64,000 nucleotides of DNA, taken from the human T2T-CHM13v2.0 reference genome, Homo sapiens. A model generated the notes under the pieces. That model searched no databases and had not been told where the DNA came from. It saw only the letters and a list, made by a program, of their open reading frames with translations. Of the stretch, positions 20,087 through 37,856 are shown one piece after another. The DNA is taken from assembly GCF_009914755.1 (NCBI RefSeq), contig NC_060948.1; one strand, 5' to 3'. How positions within the stretch are numbered: the stretch's first letter is position 1; each line of letters starts with the position of its first letter. A program made the position numbers and the translations under genes.

Positions 20087-22382
20087 AGATCCATATTTTT
20101 TAAATGAAAAAAAATTTCAAAGGTACTCTGCTTGGTATAATAATCAAATGTATAAACTGAGGAATAAAACATAACCATGAAACCTACTTATAACAGCATA
20201 TGGAAAATACAGAGGATAATTTTTTAAATAACATATTTTGAAAGCCTTAACTAGTAATTTGAAGAGTTGGCATTTGAAAGGCCAGTATGAATATACCTTC
20301 AAAGCAGCAACACAGGTTCCCATGAGAAAAAGCAAACACAGGGAAAACAAAAACACAAAGGTTCAATCTCTTCTGACCTTTGAAAGACACAGCACAGACA
20401 GTGGTCCTTAGGACGAAGAGCAGGAGACCCCTAATTCCGTCACCAAGGCGATAGGGCATAAACATTGCTGGGTGAGGGCACAATCCACATTGTGAGGTCC
20501 AACTGCTGCCAGGAAGACAGGACTGCTTTTACATAGACCGAAAGGTCATTGAAGGCTCAGAGTTTTGTTTCAAGAACTGAATCCCAAGCCCACACGTTAT
20601 TAGGCTGCGCTTCTTAAAACAAGTTATGAGATGGGAAAAAGGGCACCCACAAACATACGTATACATTATGTATATAATAATATACAGTATCATATATGTA
20701 ATATATATCACCTATGTATAATATTGTTTTACATCCTGCATCTTATGTTATATATACTGTATAAAATATAATAATTGATAATATATAAGTTTTATAATTA
20801 TACAATATGACATATAGTATATATTATAATTTATGACATATATAATATATGTTATATGTCATATATAGAATATATTATACGGTTAATATACGTATTAAAT
20901 ATAAATTATACATTATATATATTATATATAATATATCTGTTATATATAATACCCATTATGCATAATATATATATTATGTCTATGTTATATATAGTATAAA
21001 ACAACACATAATAATATATAATTGTATACATAAAATGCGACATATAATATATATTATATTTTATGACATATGTAATATATATTATATATTATATATAATA
21101 CGTTGTATGTATAATACCTATATTAAATATATATTTTATGACCTATATTAAATATATATTATTTATATATATTTATTATATATTTAATATATATTATATA
21201 TAATATAAATATATTTAATATATATAATATATATTAAATATATATTATATGACCTATATTAAATATATATTATATAATATATATTTATAATAATATAAAT
21301 ATATATTATATGTAATGTTATTAATTACATGTCACATGTGTTATATATTATATATTTTACATAGAATATACCGGTTACATACAATATATACTATGTTACC
21401 TACAATGTATAATTGATTACATATAAAATAAAGAATGCAATATATTATGTATAATTTATAATATACAATATGTGGAATGTGATATATATAACATATAATA
21501 TATGATATATGATATAGAGTATATGATATATAACATACAATATATGATACCTAATATATATGGTATACAATATATATTTTATGATATGTATTCTATATGT
21601 AATATATTCTCTTATATATAACTATTTGAAATTATATATAACTATAATATTTTATGTAAATATGTAATATAATATATATAAGTATATAATATATTATATA
21701 TAACTATATATTATGTTATATATACTTTTATAACATAATTTACATAAAATATCATAATATAATATATATTATATTATTTCATATTACATAATATATATTA
21801 CATATCACCCAATATAAGTAACATACATAATATTATAATATAGATTATATTATGTTATATTAAATATCATATATATCATGTATCATATATTCTATAATAT
21901 ATATTATACATTATATAATATGTATGTTGTCTATTATGTGATATATATAACTATATATATAATTATATTATTATACATATAACTAGATAAACATGTAATT
22001 CTACATATTTTCATTTATAATATAGAGAATTATATAATCATATATAATTATTTATATTCTATAAAAAATTATATCATTATATAAATTATAATATATAAAA
22101 ATTATAATATGTACTACAAATATATATATTATATATCATATATGATATAGTACCTTTGTTATATATCATAAAACATATAAATGTGTATTATGTTATCTAT
22201 AATTATATAATTTCATATATAAGATGTATAATATGTATCATATATTATATATGTTATGTAATATATATAGTATATATAAGATGACACAGGATAAATATTA
22301 TATACTATGACATATAAAATATATGAGGTTATATGTTACATATAAGGCATAGCACATAACATGTAATATATATCATATATAA

Positions 22383-22674
<292 letters not shown>

Positions 22675-24800
22675 AGATCCATATTTTTTAAATGAAAAAA
22701 AATTTCAAAGGTACTCTGCTTGGTACAATAATCAAATGTATAAACTGAGGAATAAAACATAACCATGAAACCTACTTATAACTGCATATGGAAAATACAG
22801 AGGATAATTTTTTAAATAACATATTTTGAAAGCCTTAACTAGTAATTTGAAGAGTTGGCATTTGAAAGGCCAGTATGAATATACCTTCAAAGCAGCAACA
22901 CAGGTTCCCCATGAGAAAAAGCAAACGCAGGGAAAATAAAAACACAAAGGTTCAATCTCTTCTGACCTTTGAAAGACACAGCACAGACAGTGGTCGTTAG
23001 GACGAAGAGCAGGAGACCCCTAATTCCGTCACCATGGCAATAGGGCATAAACATTGCTGGGTGAGGGCACAATCAACATTGTGAGGTCCAACTGCTGCCA
23101 GGAAGACAGGAGTGCTTTTACATAGACCGAAAGGTCATTGAAGGCTCAGAGCTTTGTTTCAAGAACTGAATCCCAAGCCGACACGTTATTAGGCTGCGCT
23201 TCTTAAAACAAGTTATGAGATGGGAAAAAGGGCACCCACAAACATACGTATACATTATGTATATAATAATATACAGTATCATATATATAATATATATAAC
23301 CTATGTATAATATTGTTTTACATCCTGCATCTTATGTTATATATATTGTATAAAATATAATAATTGATAATATATAACTTTTATATTTATACAATATGAC
23401 ATATAGTATATATTATAATTTATGACATATATAATATATGTTATATATCATATATAGAATATATTATACGGTTAATATACGTATTAAATATAAATTATAC
23501 ATTATATATATTATATATAATATATCTGTTATATATAATACCCGTTATGCAAAATATATATATTATGTCTATGTTATATATAGTATAAAACAACATATAA
23601 TAATATATAATTGTATATATAAAATGCGACATATAATATATATTATATTTTATGATATATGTAATATATATTATATATTATATATAATACGTTGTACGTA
23701 TAATAACTATATTAAATATATATTATATGACTATGTTATTAATTACATGTCACATGTGTTATATATTATATATTTTACATAGAATATACCGGTTACATAC
23801 AATATATACTATGTTACCTATAATGTATAATTGATTACATGTAAAATAAAGAATGCAATATATTATGAATAATTTATAATATACAATATGTGGAATGTGA
23901 TATATATAACATATAATATATGATATATGATATACAGTATACGATATATAACATACAATATATGATACCTAACATATATGGTATACAATATATATTTTAT
24001 GATATGTATTCTATATGTTTTATATTCTGTTGTATATAACTATTTGAAATTATATATAACTGTATAATATTTTATGTAAATATGTAATATAATATATATA
24101 ACTATATAATATATTATATATAACTATATATTATGTTATATATACTTTTATAACATAATTTACATAAAATATCATAATATAATATATATTATATTATTTC
24201 ATATTACATAATATATATTACATATCACCCAATATAAGTAACATACATAATATTATAATATAGATTATATTATGTTATATTAAATATCATATATATCATG
24301 TATCATATATTCTATAATATATATTATACATTATATAATATGTATGTTTTCTATTATGTGATATATATAACTATATATATAATTATATTATTATACATAT
24401 AACTGGATAAACATGTAATTCTACATATTTTCATTTATAATATATAGAATTATATAACCATATAGATTTATTTATATTCTATAAAAAATTATATCATTAT
24501 ATAAATTATAATATATAAAAATTATAATATGTACTACAAATATATATATTATATATCATATATGATATAGTACCTTTGTTATATATCATAATACATATAA
24601 ATGTGTATTATGTTATCTATAATTATATAATTTCATATCTAAGATGTATAATATGTATTATATATTATATATGTTATGCTATATATTGTATATTTAAGCT
24701 GACACAGGATAAATATTATATACTATGACATATAAAATATATGAGGTTATATGTTACATATAAGGCATAGCACATAACATGTAATATATATCATGTATAA

Positions 24801-25092
<292 letters not shown>

Positions 25093-27219
25093 AGATCCAT
25101 ATTTTTTAAATGAAAAAAAATTTCAAAGGTACTCTGCTTGGTACAATAAACAAATGTATAAACTGAGGAATAAAACATAACCATGAAACCTACTTATAAC
25201 TGCATATGGAAAATACAGAGGATAATTTTTTAAATAACATATTTTGAAAGCCTTAACTAGTAATTTGAAGAGTTGGCATTTGAAAGGCCAGTATGAATAT
25301 ACCTTCAAAGCAGCAACACAGGTTCCCCATGAGAAAAAGCAAACTCAGGGAAAATGAAACCACAAAGGTTCAATCTCTTCTGACCTTTGAAAGACACAGC
25401 ACAGACAGTGGTCCTTAGGACGAAGAGCAGGAGACCCCTAATTCCGTCACCATGGCGATAGGGCATAAACATTGCTGGGTGAGGGCACAATCCACATTGT
25501 GAGGTCCAACTGCTGCCAGGAAGACAGGAGTGCTTTTACATAGACCGAAAGGTCATTGAAGGCTCAGAGTTTTGTTTCAAGAACTGAATCCCAAGCCCAC
25601 ACGTTATTAGGCTGCGCTTCTTAAAACAAGTTATGAGATGGGAAAAAGGGCACCCACAAACATACGTATACATTATGTATATAATAATATACAGTATCAT
25701 ATATATAATATATATAACCTATGTATAATATTGTTTTACATCCTGCATCTTATGTTATATATATTATATAAAATATAATAATTGATAATATATAATTTTG
25801 TATTTATACAATATGACATATAGTATATATTATAATTTATGACATATATAATATATGTTTTATATCATATATAGAATATATTATACGGTTAATATACGTA
25901 TTAAATATAAATTATACATTATATATATTATATATAATATATCTGTTATATATAATACACATTATGCATAATATATATGTTATGTCTATGTTATATATAG
26001 TATAAAACAACATATAATAATATATGATTGTTTATATAAAATGCGACATATAATATATATTTTATTTTATGACATATGTAATATATATTATATATTATAT
26101 ATAAAACGTTGTATGTATAATACCTATATTAAATATATATTATATGACTATGTTATTAATTACATGTCACATGTGTTATATATTATATATTTTACATAGA
26201 ATATACCGGTTACATACAATATATACTATGTTACCTATAATGTATAATTGATTACATGTAAAATAAAGAATGCAATATATTATGAATAATTTATAATATA
26301 CAATATGTGGAATGTGATATATATAACATATAATATATGATATATGATATACAGTATATGATATAGAACATACAATATATGATACCTAATATATATGGTA
26401 TACAATATATATTTTATGATATGTATTCTATATGTTTTATATTCTGTTGTATATAACTATTTGAAATTATATATAACTGTATAATATTTTATGTAAATAT
26501 GTAATATAATATATATAACTATATAATATATTATATATAACTATATATTATGTTATATATACTTTTATAACATAATTTACATAAAATATCATAATATAAT
26601 ATATAATATATTATTTCATATTACATAATATATCTTACATATCACCCAATATAAGTAACATACTTAATATTATAATATAGATTATATTATGTTATATTAA
26701 ATATCATATATATCATGTATCATATATTCTATAATATATATTATACATTATATAATATGTATGTTGTTTATTATGTGATATATATAACTATATATATAAA
26801 TTTATTATTATACATATAACTGGATAAACATGTAATTCTACATATTTTCATTTATAATATATAGAAATATATAATCATATATAATTATTTATATTCTATA
26901 AAAAATTATATCATTATATAAATTATAATATATAAAAATTATTATATGTACTACAAATATATATATTATATATCATATATGATATAGTACCTTTGTTATA
27001 TATCATAATACATATAAATGTGTATTATGTTATCTATAATTATATAATTTCATATATAAGATGTATAATATGTATTATTTATTATATATGTTATGTAATA
27101 TATATAGTATATATAAGCTGACACAGGATAAATATTATATACTATGACATATAAAATATATGAGGTTATATGTTACATATAAGGCATAGCACATAACATG
27201 TAATATATATCATATATAA

Positions 27220-27511
<292 letters not shown>

Positions 27512-29340
27512 AGATCCATATTTTTTAAATGAAAAAAAATTTCAAAGGTACTCTGCTTGGTACAATAATCAAATGTATAAACTGAGGAATAAAACATAAC
27601 CATGAAACCTACTTATAACTGCATATGGAAAATACAGAGGATAATTTTTTAAATAACATATTTTGAAAGCCTTAACTAGTAATTTGAAGAGTTGGCATTT
27701 GAAAGGCCAGTATGAATATTCCTTCAGAGCAGCAACACAGGTTCCCCATGAGAAAAAGCAAACTCAGGGAAAATGAAACCACAAAGGTTCAATCTCTTCT
27801 GACCTTTGAAAGACACAGCACAGACAGTGGTCCTTAGGACGAAGAGCAGGAGACCCCTAATTCCGTCACCATGGCGATAGGGCATAAACATTGCTGGGTG
27901 AGGGCACAATCCACATTGTGAGGTCCAACTGCTGCCAGGAAGACAGGAGTGCTTTTACATAGACCGAAAGGTCATTGAAGGCTCAGAGTTTTGTTTCAAG
28001 AACTGAATCCCAAGCCCACACGTTATTAGGCTGCGCTTCTTAAAACAAGTTATGAGATGGGAAAAACGGCACCCACAAACATACGTATACATTATGTATA
28101 TAATAATATACAGTATCATATATATAATATATATAACCTGTATATAATATTGTTTTACATCCTGCATCTTATATTATATATATTGTGTAAAATATAATAA
28201 TTGATAATATATAAGTTTTATATTTATACAATATGACATATAGTATATATTATAATTTATGACATATATAATATATGTTATATATAATATATAGAATATA
28301 TTATACGGTTAATATACGTATTAAATATAAATTATACATTATATATATTATATATAATATATCTGTTATATATAATACCCATTATACAAAATATATATAT
28401 TATGTCTATGTTTTATATAGTATAAACCAACATATAATAATATATAATTGTATATATAAAATGTGACATATAATATATATTATATTTTATGACATATGTA
28501 ACATGTATTATATATTATATATATTACGTTGTATGTATAATACCTATATTAAATATATATTATATGACGATGTTATTAATTACATGTCACATATGTTATA
28601 TATTATATATTTTACATGGAATATACCGGTTACATATAATATATACTATGTTACCTATAATGTATAATTTATTACATGTAATATAATGAATGTCATATAT
28701 TATATATAATTTATAATATACAATATGTGGAATGTGATATATATAACATATATGATATATGATATAAAGTATATGATATATAACATACAATATATGATAC
28801 GTAATATATATGGTATACAATATATATTTTATGATATGTATTCTATATGTTTTATATTCTGTTATATATAACTATTTGAAATTATATATAACTGTATAAT
28901 ATTTTATGTAAATATGTAATATAATATATATAACTATATAATATATTATATATAACTATATTTTATGTTATATATACTTTTATAACATAATTTACATAAA
29001 ATATAATAATATAAAATATATTATATTATTTCATATTACATAATATATATTCAATATCACCCAATATAAGTAACATACATACTATTAAAATATAGATTAT
29101 ATTATGTTATATTAAAGATCATATATATCATGTATCATATATTCTATAATATATATTATGCATTATATAATATGCATGTTGTCTATTATGTGATATATAT
29201 AACTATATATATAATTGTATTATTATACATATAACTATATAAACATGTAATTCTATATATTTTCATTTATAATATATAGAATTATATAATCATAATTATT
29301 TATATTCTATAAAAAATTATATCATTATATAAATTATAAT

Positions 29341-31215
<1,875 letters not shown>

Positions 31216-33312
31216 AGATCCATATTTTTTAAATGAAAAAAAATTTCAAAGGTACTCTGCTTGGTACAGTAATCAAATCTATAAACTGAGGAATAAAACA
31301 TAACCGTGAAACATACTTATAACTGCATATGGAAAATACAGAGTATAATTTTTTAAAATAACATATTTTGAAAGCCTTAACTAGTAATTTGAAGAGTTTG
31401 CATTTGAAAGGCCAGTATGAATATACCTTCAAAGCAGCAACACAGGTTCCAAATGAGAACAATCAAACTCAGGGAAAATAAAACCACAAATGTTCACTCT
31501 GTTCTGACCTTTGAAAAACACAGCACAGACAGTGGCACTTAGGACCAAGAGCAGGAGATCCCCAATCCCGTCACCATGGCGATAGGGTATAAACATTGCG
31601 GGGTGAGGGCACAATGCACATTGTGAGGTCCAATTGCTGCCAGGAAGACAGGAGTGCTTTTACATAGACCGAAAGGTCATTGAAGGCTCAGATTTTCGTT
31701 TCAAAAACTGAATCCCAAGCCCACACGTTATTATGCTGCGCTTCTTAAAACAAGTTATGAGAAGGGAAATAGGGCACCCACAACATACGTATATAGTATG
31801 TATATAATAATATACACTATCATATATATAATATATATAACCTATGTATAATATTGTTTTACATCCTGCATCTTATATTATATATATTATATGTAATATA
31901 ATAATTGATAATATATAAGTTTATATTTATACAATATGACATATAATATATATTATATTTTATGACATATATAATATAGATTATATATCATATATAGAAT
32001 ATACTATATGGTTAATATACGTATTAAATATATAATATACATTATATGTATTATATCTACGTTATATATAACATTAACTATAGATAATATATATATTATA
32101 TCTAGCTTATATATAATATAATATAACAGATAATTATATATAATTGTATATATAAAATATGACATATAATATATATTATATTTTATGACATATATATCAT
32201 ATATATTATATATTATATATAATATGTTGTATGTATAATACATATATTATATATATATTATAAGTCTAAATTATTAATTATATGTAATATATGTTATATA
32301 TTACATATTTTACATTTCATACACATGTTACATACAATATATACTATGTTACATGTTACCTAGAATTTATTATATATAATATAATGTATGTCATATATTA
32401 TATATACTTTATAGTATGCAATATGTGGAATGTGATATATATAACATGTAATATATGATATATGATATACGATATATGATATATAATATACAATATATGA
32501 TACATTTTATATATGGTATACAATATATATTTTATGATATATATTATATATGTTTTATATTATATTATACATAACCATTTAATTATATATAACTCTATAA
32601 TATTGTAGGTAAATATATAATATAATACATATAACCATATATTATGTTATTTATAATTTTATTACGTACATTCAATAATATATCATAATATAATATATAT
32701 TATATTATATTATTTTATATTACATAATATATATTATATATCACATAGTATGTGTTACATACATAATATTTAAATATATATTATATTATGATATATTAAA
32801 TATTATATATATTATGTATGCTATACTGTATAATATATATTATATATTATATAATATGCAGGGTGTCTATTATATGATATATATTATAATATATATAATT
32901 ATATTATACATATAACGATATAAATATGTAATTATATTTAACATTATTTATATTACATATAGTTATATAATCATATATAATAATTTATATTATAAAAGTA
33001 ATTATATCATTATATAAATTATAGTATATATAAATTATAATATGTGATAAATAATATATATTATATATCATATATGATATAGCATATATGTTATATATCA
33101 TATTATATATCAATTTACGTTATGATATCTATAATTATATATTTTCATATATAAGATGTATAATATGAATTATATATTATATATGTTATTAAATATATAC
33201 TTTATATAAAATGACACAGGATAAATGTTATATATTATGACATATGATATATATGCGGTTATATATTATATATGAAGCATATTACATAACATATAATATA
33301 TATCATATATAA

Positions 33313-33604
<292 letters not shown>

Positions 33605-35077
33605 AGATCCATATTTTTTAAATGAAAAAAAATTTCAAAGTTATTCTGCTTGGTACAATAATCAAATATATAAACTGAGGGTTAAAACATAACCTTGGAA
33701 CATATTTATAAGTGCATATGGATAATACAGAGGATAATTTTTTAAATAACATATTTTGAAAGCATTAACTAGTAATTTGAAGAGTTGGCATTTGAAAGGC
33801 CAGTATGAATATACCTTCAAAGCAGCAACACAGGTTCCCCATGAGAACAAGCAAACTCAGGGAAAATAAAACCACAAAGGTTCAATCTTTTCTGACCTTT
33901 GAAAGACACAGCACAGACAGTGGTCCTTAGGACGAAGAGCAGGAGACCCCTAATTCCGTCACCATGGCGATAGGGCATAAACATTGCTGGGTGAGGGCAC
34001 AATCCACATTGTGAGGTCCAACTGCTGCCAGGAAGACAGGAGTGCTTTTACATAGACCCAAAGGTCATTGAAGGCTCAGTGTTTTGTTTCAAAAACTGAA
34101 TCCCAAGCCCACACGTTATCATGCTGTGCTTCTTAAAAAAAGTTATGAGATGGGAAATAGGGCACCCACAATTATATCTATACATTATGTATATAATAAT
34201 ATATAGAATCATATATATAATATATGTAACATATATATATAATACTGTTTTACATCCTGCAGTTATATTATATATATTATATGTATTATAATAACTGGTA
34301 ATATATAAGTATTATATTTATACACTATGACATATAATAATTATATTTTATGCCGTATATAATATATATTATATATCATATACCAAATATATTATATGGT
34401 TAATATACGTATTAAATATATAATATACATTATAAATATTATATCTACGTTATATATAACATTCACTATAGTTAATATATATATTATATCTAGCTTATAT
34501 ATAATATAAAATAACATATAATAATATATAACTGTATATATAAAATATGACATATAATATATATTATATTTTATGACATATATATGATATGTATTATATA
34601 TTATATATAATATGTTGTAAGTATAATACATGTATTAAATATATATTATATGTATATGTTATTAATTATATGTAATATATGTTATATATTACATATTTGA
34701 TATAGAATACACATGTTACATAGAATATATTCTATGTTACATATAACGTAGAATTTATTATGTGTAATATAATGTATGGCATATATTATAAATTCCTTAT
34801 AATATACAATATGTGGAATGTGATATATATAACTTGTAATATATGATATATGATATACAATATATGTTATATAACATACAATATATGATACATAATATAT
34901 ATGGTATAGAATATATATTTTATGTTATATATTATATATGTTTTATATTTTATTATATATAAATATTTAAAATTATATATAACTGTATAATGTTATACGT
35001 AAATATATAATATACTACATATAACCATATATTATGTTATATAAAATTTTATTACATACTTTCCATAATATATCATA

Positions 35078-37856
35078 TGGATTCCTTTGGAATGGTCTAG
35101 TATGCAATGCAATCGACTGGCAGGGAATTAAAAGGAATGCAATCGAATGGATTGCACAGGAATGCAATGGACTCGAATAGATTGGAAACAGAATGCAAAG
35201 GAAAGGAATGGAATAGTATGGAATGGAATGGAAAGGAATGGAGTGGAATAGACTAGAGTAGAATGGAATTTACTCGAAAGCAATGGACTGGAATAGAACT
35301 TTCTTGAATGGGCTGGAATCAAACGGAATGGAATGCTGTGCAATCAAATAGAATGAAAGAGAATCAAATCCAATCGAATGGATTGGAAAGGAATTGACTG
35401 AAATGGAATGGACTAGAATGGAAGGCAAAGGAATGGAATCTATAGGAATGGACTGTAATGGAATGGAATGGAAGGGATTGGAATGGAATCGAATGGAATG
35501 GACTGCAATAGAAAGGATTCGAATGGAATGGAAAAGAATTGAATGGAATAGAACAGAATGGAATCAAATCGAATGAAATGGAATGGAATAGAAAGGATTC
35601 GAATGGAATGCAATCGAACGGAATGGAATCGAACGGAATGGAATAAAATGGAAGAAAACTGGCAAGAAATGGAATCGAAATGAATGGAGTGTTATGGAAC
35701 GGACTCAAAAGGAATTGAATGTAATAGAATGGAGTGGAGTGGACTCGAATATAATGGACTGGAATGGAATGAAATCACATGGAATGGGAACGAATGGAAT
35801 GGAATGGAAAGGAATGGAATCGAATGGAAAGGAATCGAATGGAAGGGAATGAAATTGAATCAACAGGAATGGAAGGGAATAGAATAGACGGTAATGGAAT
35901 GGACTCGAATAGAATGGACACGAATGCTCAAATTGAATGGACTCGAATGGAATGGAAACGAAAGGAATGTCATCGAATGTAATTGAATCGATTGGAATGA
36001 AATCGCATAGAATGGAGTGGAATCAAATGGAATTGAGTCGAAAGGAAAGGAAGCGAATGGACTGAAATGAAATGGAATGGAATTGAATGGAAAGTAATGC
36101 AATGGAATAGAATGGAACGAAATTTCACGGAATGGAATCAAACTGAATGGAATCAAATCAATGGAATCAAATCAAATGGAATGGAAAGGAATTGAATGGA
36201 GTAGATGGCATTGGATGGGATTGGAATGAAATGTACTGGAAAGAACTCGAATTTCATGAAACGGAATGGAATGAATTGGAACGGAATGGACTCGAATGGA
36301 ATGGAATGTCATGGAATGGCATCAAATGGAATGGCATCAAATGGAATGGAATCGAATGCAATAGAATGCTATGGAATGGAATGGAATGCATTGGAATGGA
36401 ATGTCCTCTAATGGAATGGATTCGAGTGGAATGGAATCGAATATAATGGAGTCGAATGAAATGGAATTGAAAGGAATGGGACCGAATACAATGGAATATA
36501 CTGGAATGTAATGTAATGAACTCGAATGTAATTGACTGCAATGGAATGTACATGAATGGAATGTAATCGAATGGAAAGTAATCCAATGGAATAGAATCTA
36601 AAGCAATAAAATCGACTCAAATAGAATAGAATGTAATGGAATGGAGTGCAGTGCAATGGAATGGAATGGAATGGAATGCAGAGGAATGGAATGGAATGGA
36701 ATGCAATGGAATGGAATGTATTAGAATGTAATGAACATTAATGGAATGTACTCGAATGGATTCGACTGGAATGGAATGTTCTGGAAGTTTATGGACTCCA
36801 ATGGAATAGATTCGAAAGGAATGGTATCGAAAGGAATGGAATCTAATGGAATGGAATTAAATGGAAATGAATCAAATTGAATAGCACGGAATTGAATTGA
36901 ATGGAATAGAATGCAATGTAATCTAATGAAACAGAAAGGAAAGGAATGGAATGGAATGGAATGGGCTGGAATGGAATGGAATCAAAACGAATGGAATGGA
37001 ATCGAACTAAAGAGACTGGAATGGAATGCACTGGAATGGAAGGGAGTGTAATGGAAGGTTCTCGAAAAAAATGGAATCGAATGGAATGGAATTGAATGGA
37101 ACGGAATAGAGTCGAATGGAATTGAATGGAATGGAATGGACTAGAGTGAAATGGAATCGAACCACAAGGAATGGACAGGAATAGAATGGTCTCGAATTGA
37201 ATGGAATCGTATGGAATGGCATCAAACGGAATGGAATGGACAGCCACGGAATGGAATGCACTCGAATGCAATGGAGTCGAAACTAATGGACTGGAATAGA
37301 ATGGACTCGACTGGTACGGACTCCAATGGAATGGAATCGAATGGAAGGGAATCGAACGGAATGGACTCGAAGGGAAAAGACTGCAATGGAAAGGTCTCGA
37401 ATGGAATGGAAATTAATGGAATGGAATGGAATCGAATGAAGTGGAGTCAAAAGGAATGGAATCGAATGGCAAGAAATCGAATGTAATGGAATCGCAAGGA
37501 ATTGATGTGAACGGAACGGAATGGAATGGAATCCAAAGGAATGGAATAGGATGGAATGGAATCAAATGGAAAGGACTCGAATGGAAATCACTCGAATAGA
37601 ATGCAATTTAATAAAATAGGATCAAATGTAATGGAATGGAATGGAAAGGAATCGAAACGAAAGGAATGGAGACAGATGGAATGGAATGGAACAGAGAGCA
37701 ATGGTATAGAATGGAATGGAATCATCTGGAATGGAATTGAATGGAATGCAATAACATGAAATGGAATGGAATGGAATGGAATGCCCTTGAATTAAATGGA
37801 CTGGAATGGAATGGACTCGAACAGAGTGGAATGGAAAGTGTTGAAATAGAATGGAA
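35078..37856 (+). repeat. DYZ1 unit 1, short and diverged (2779 bp)
   Basis: Marker spacing 35093 to 37872; lacks the EcoRI/StuI-bearing segment. Confidence 0.9.
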
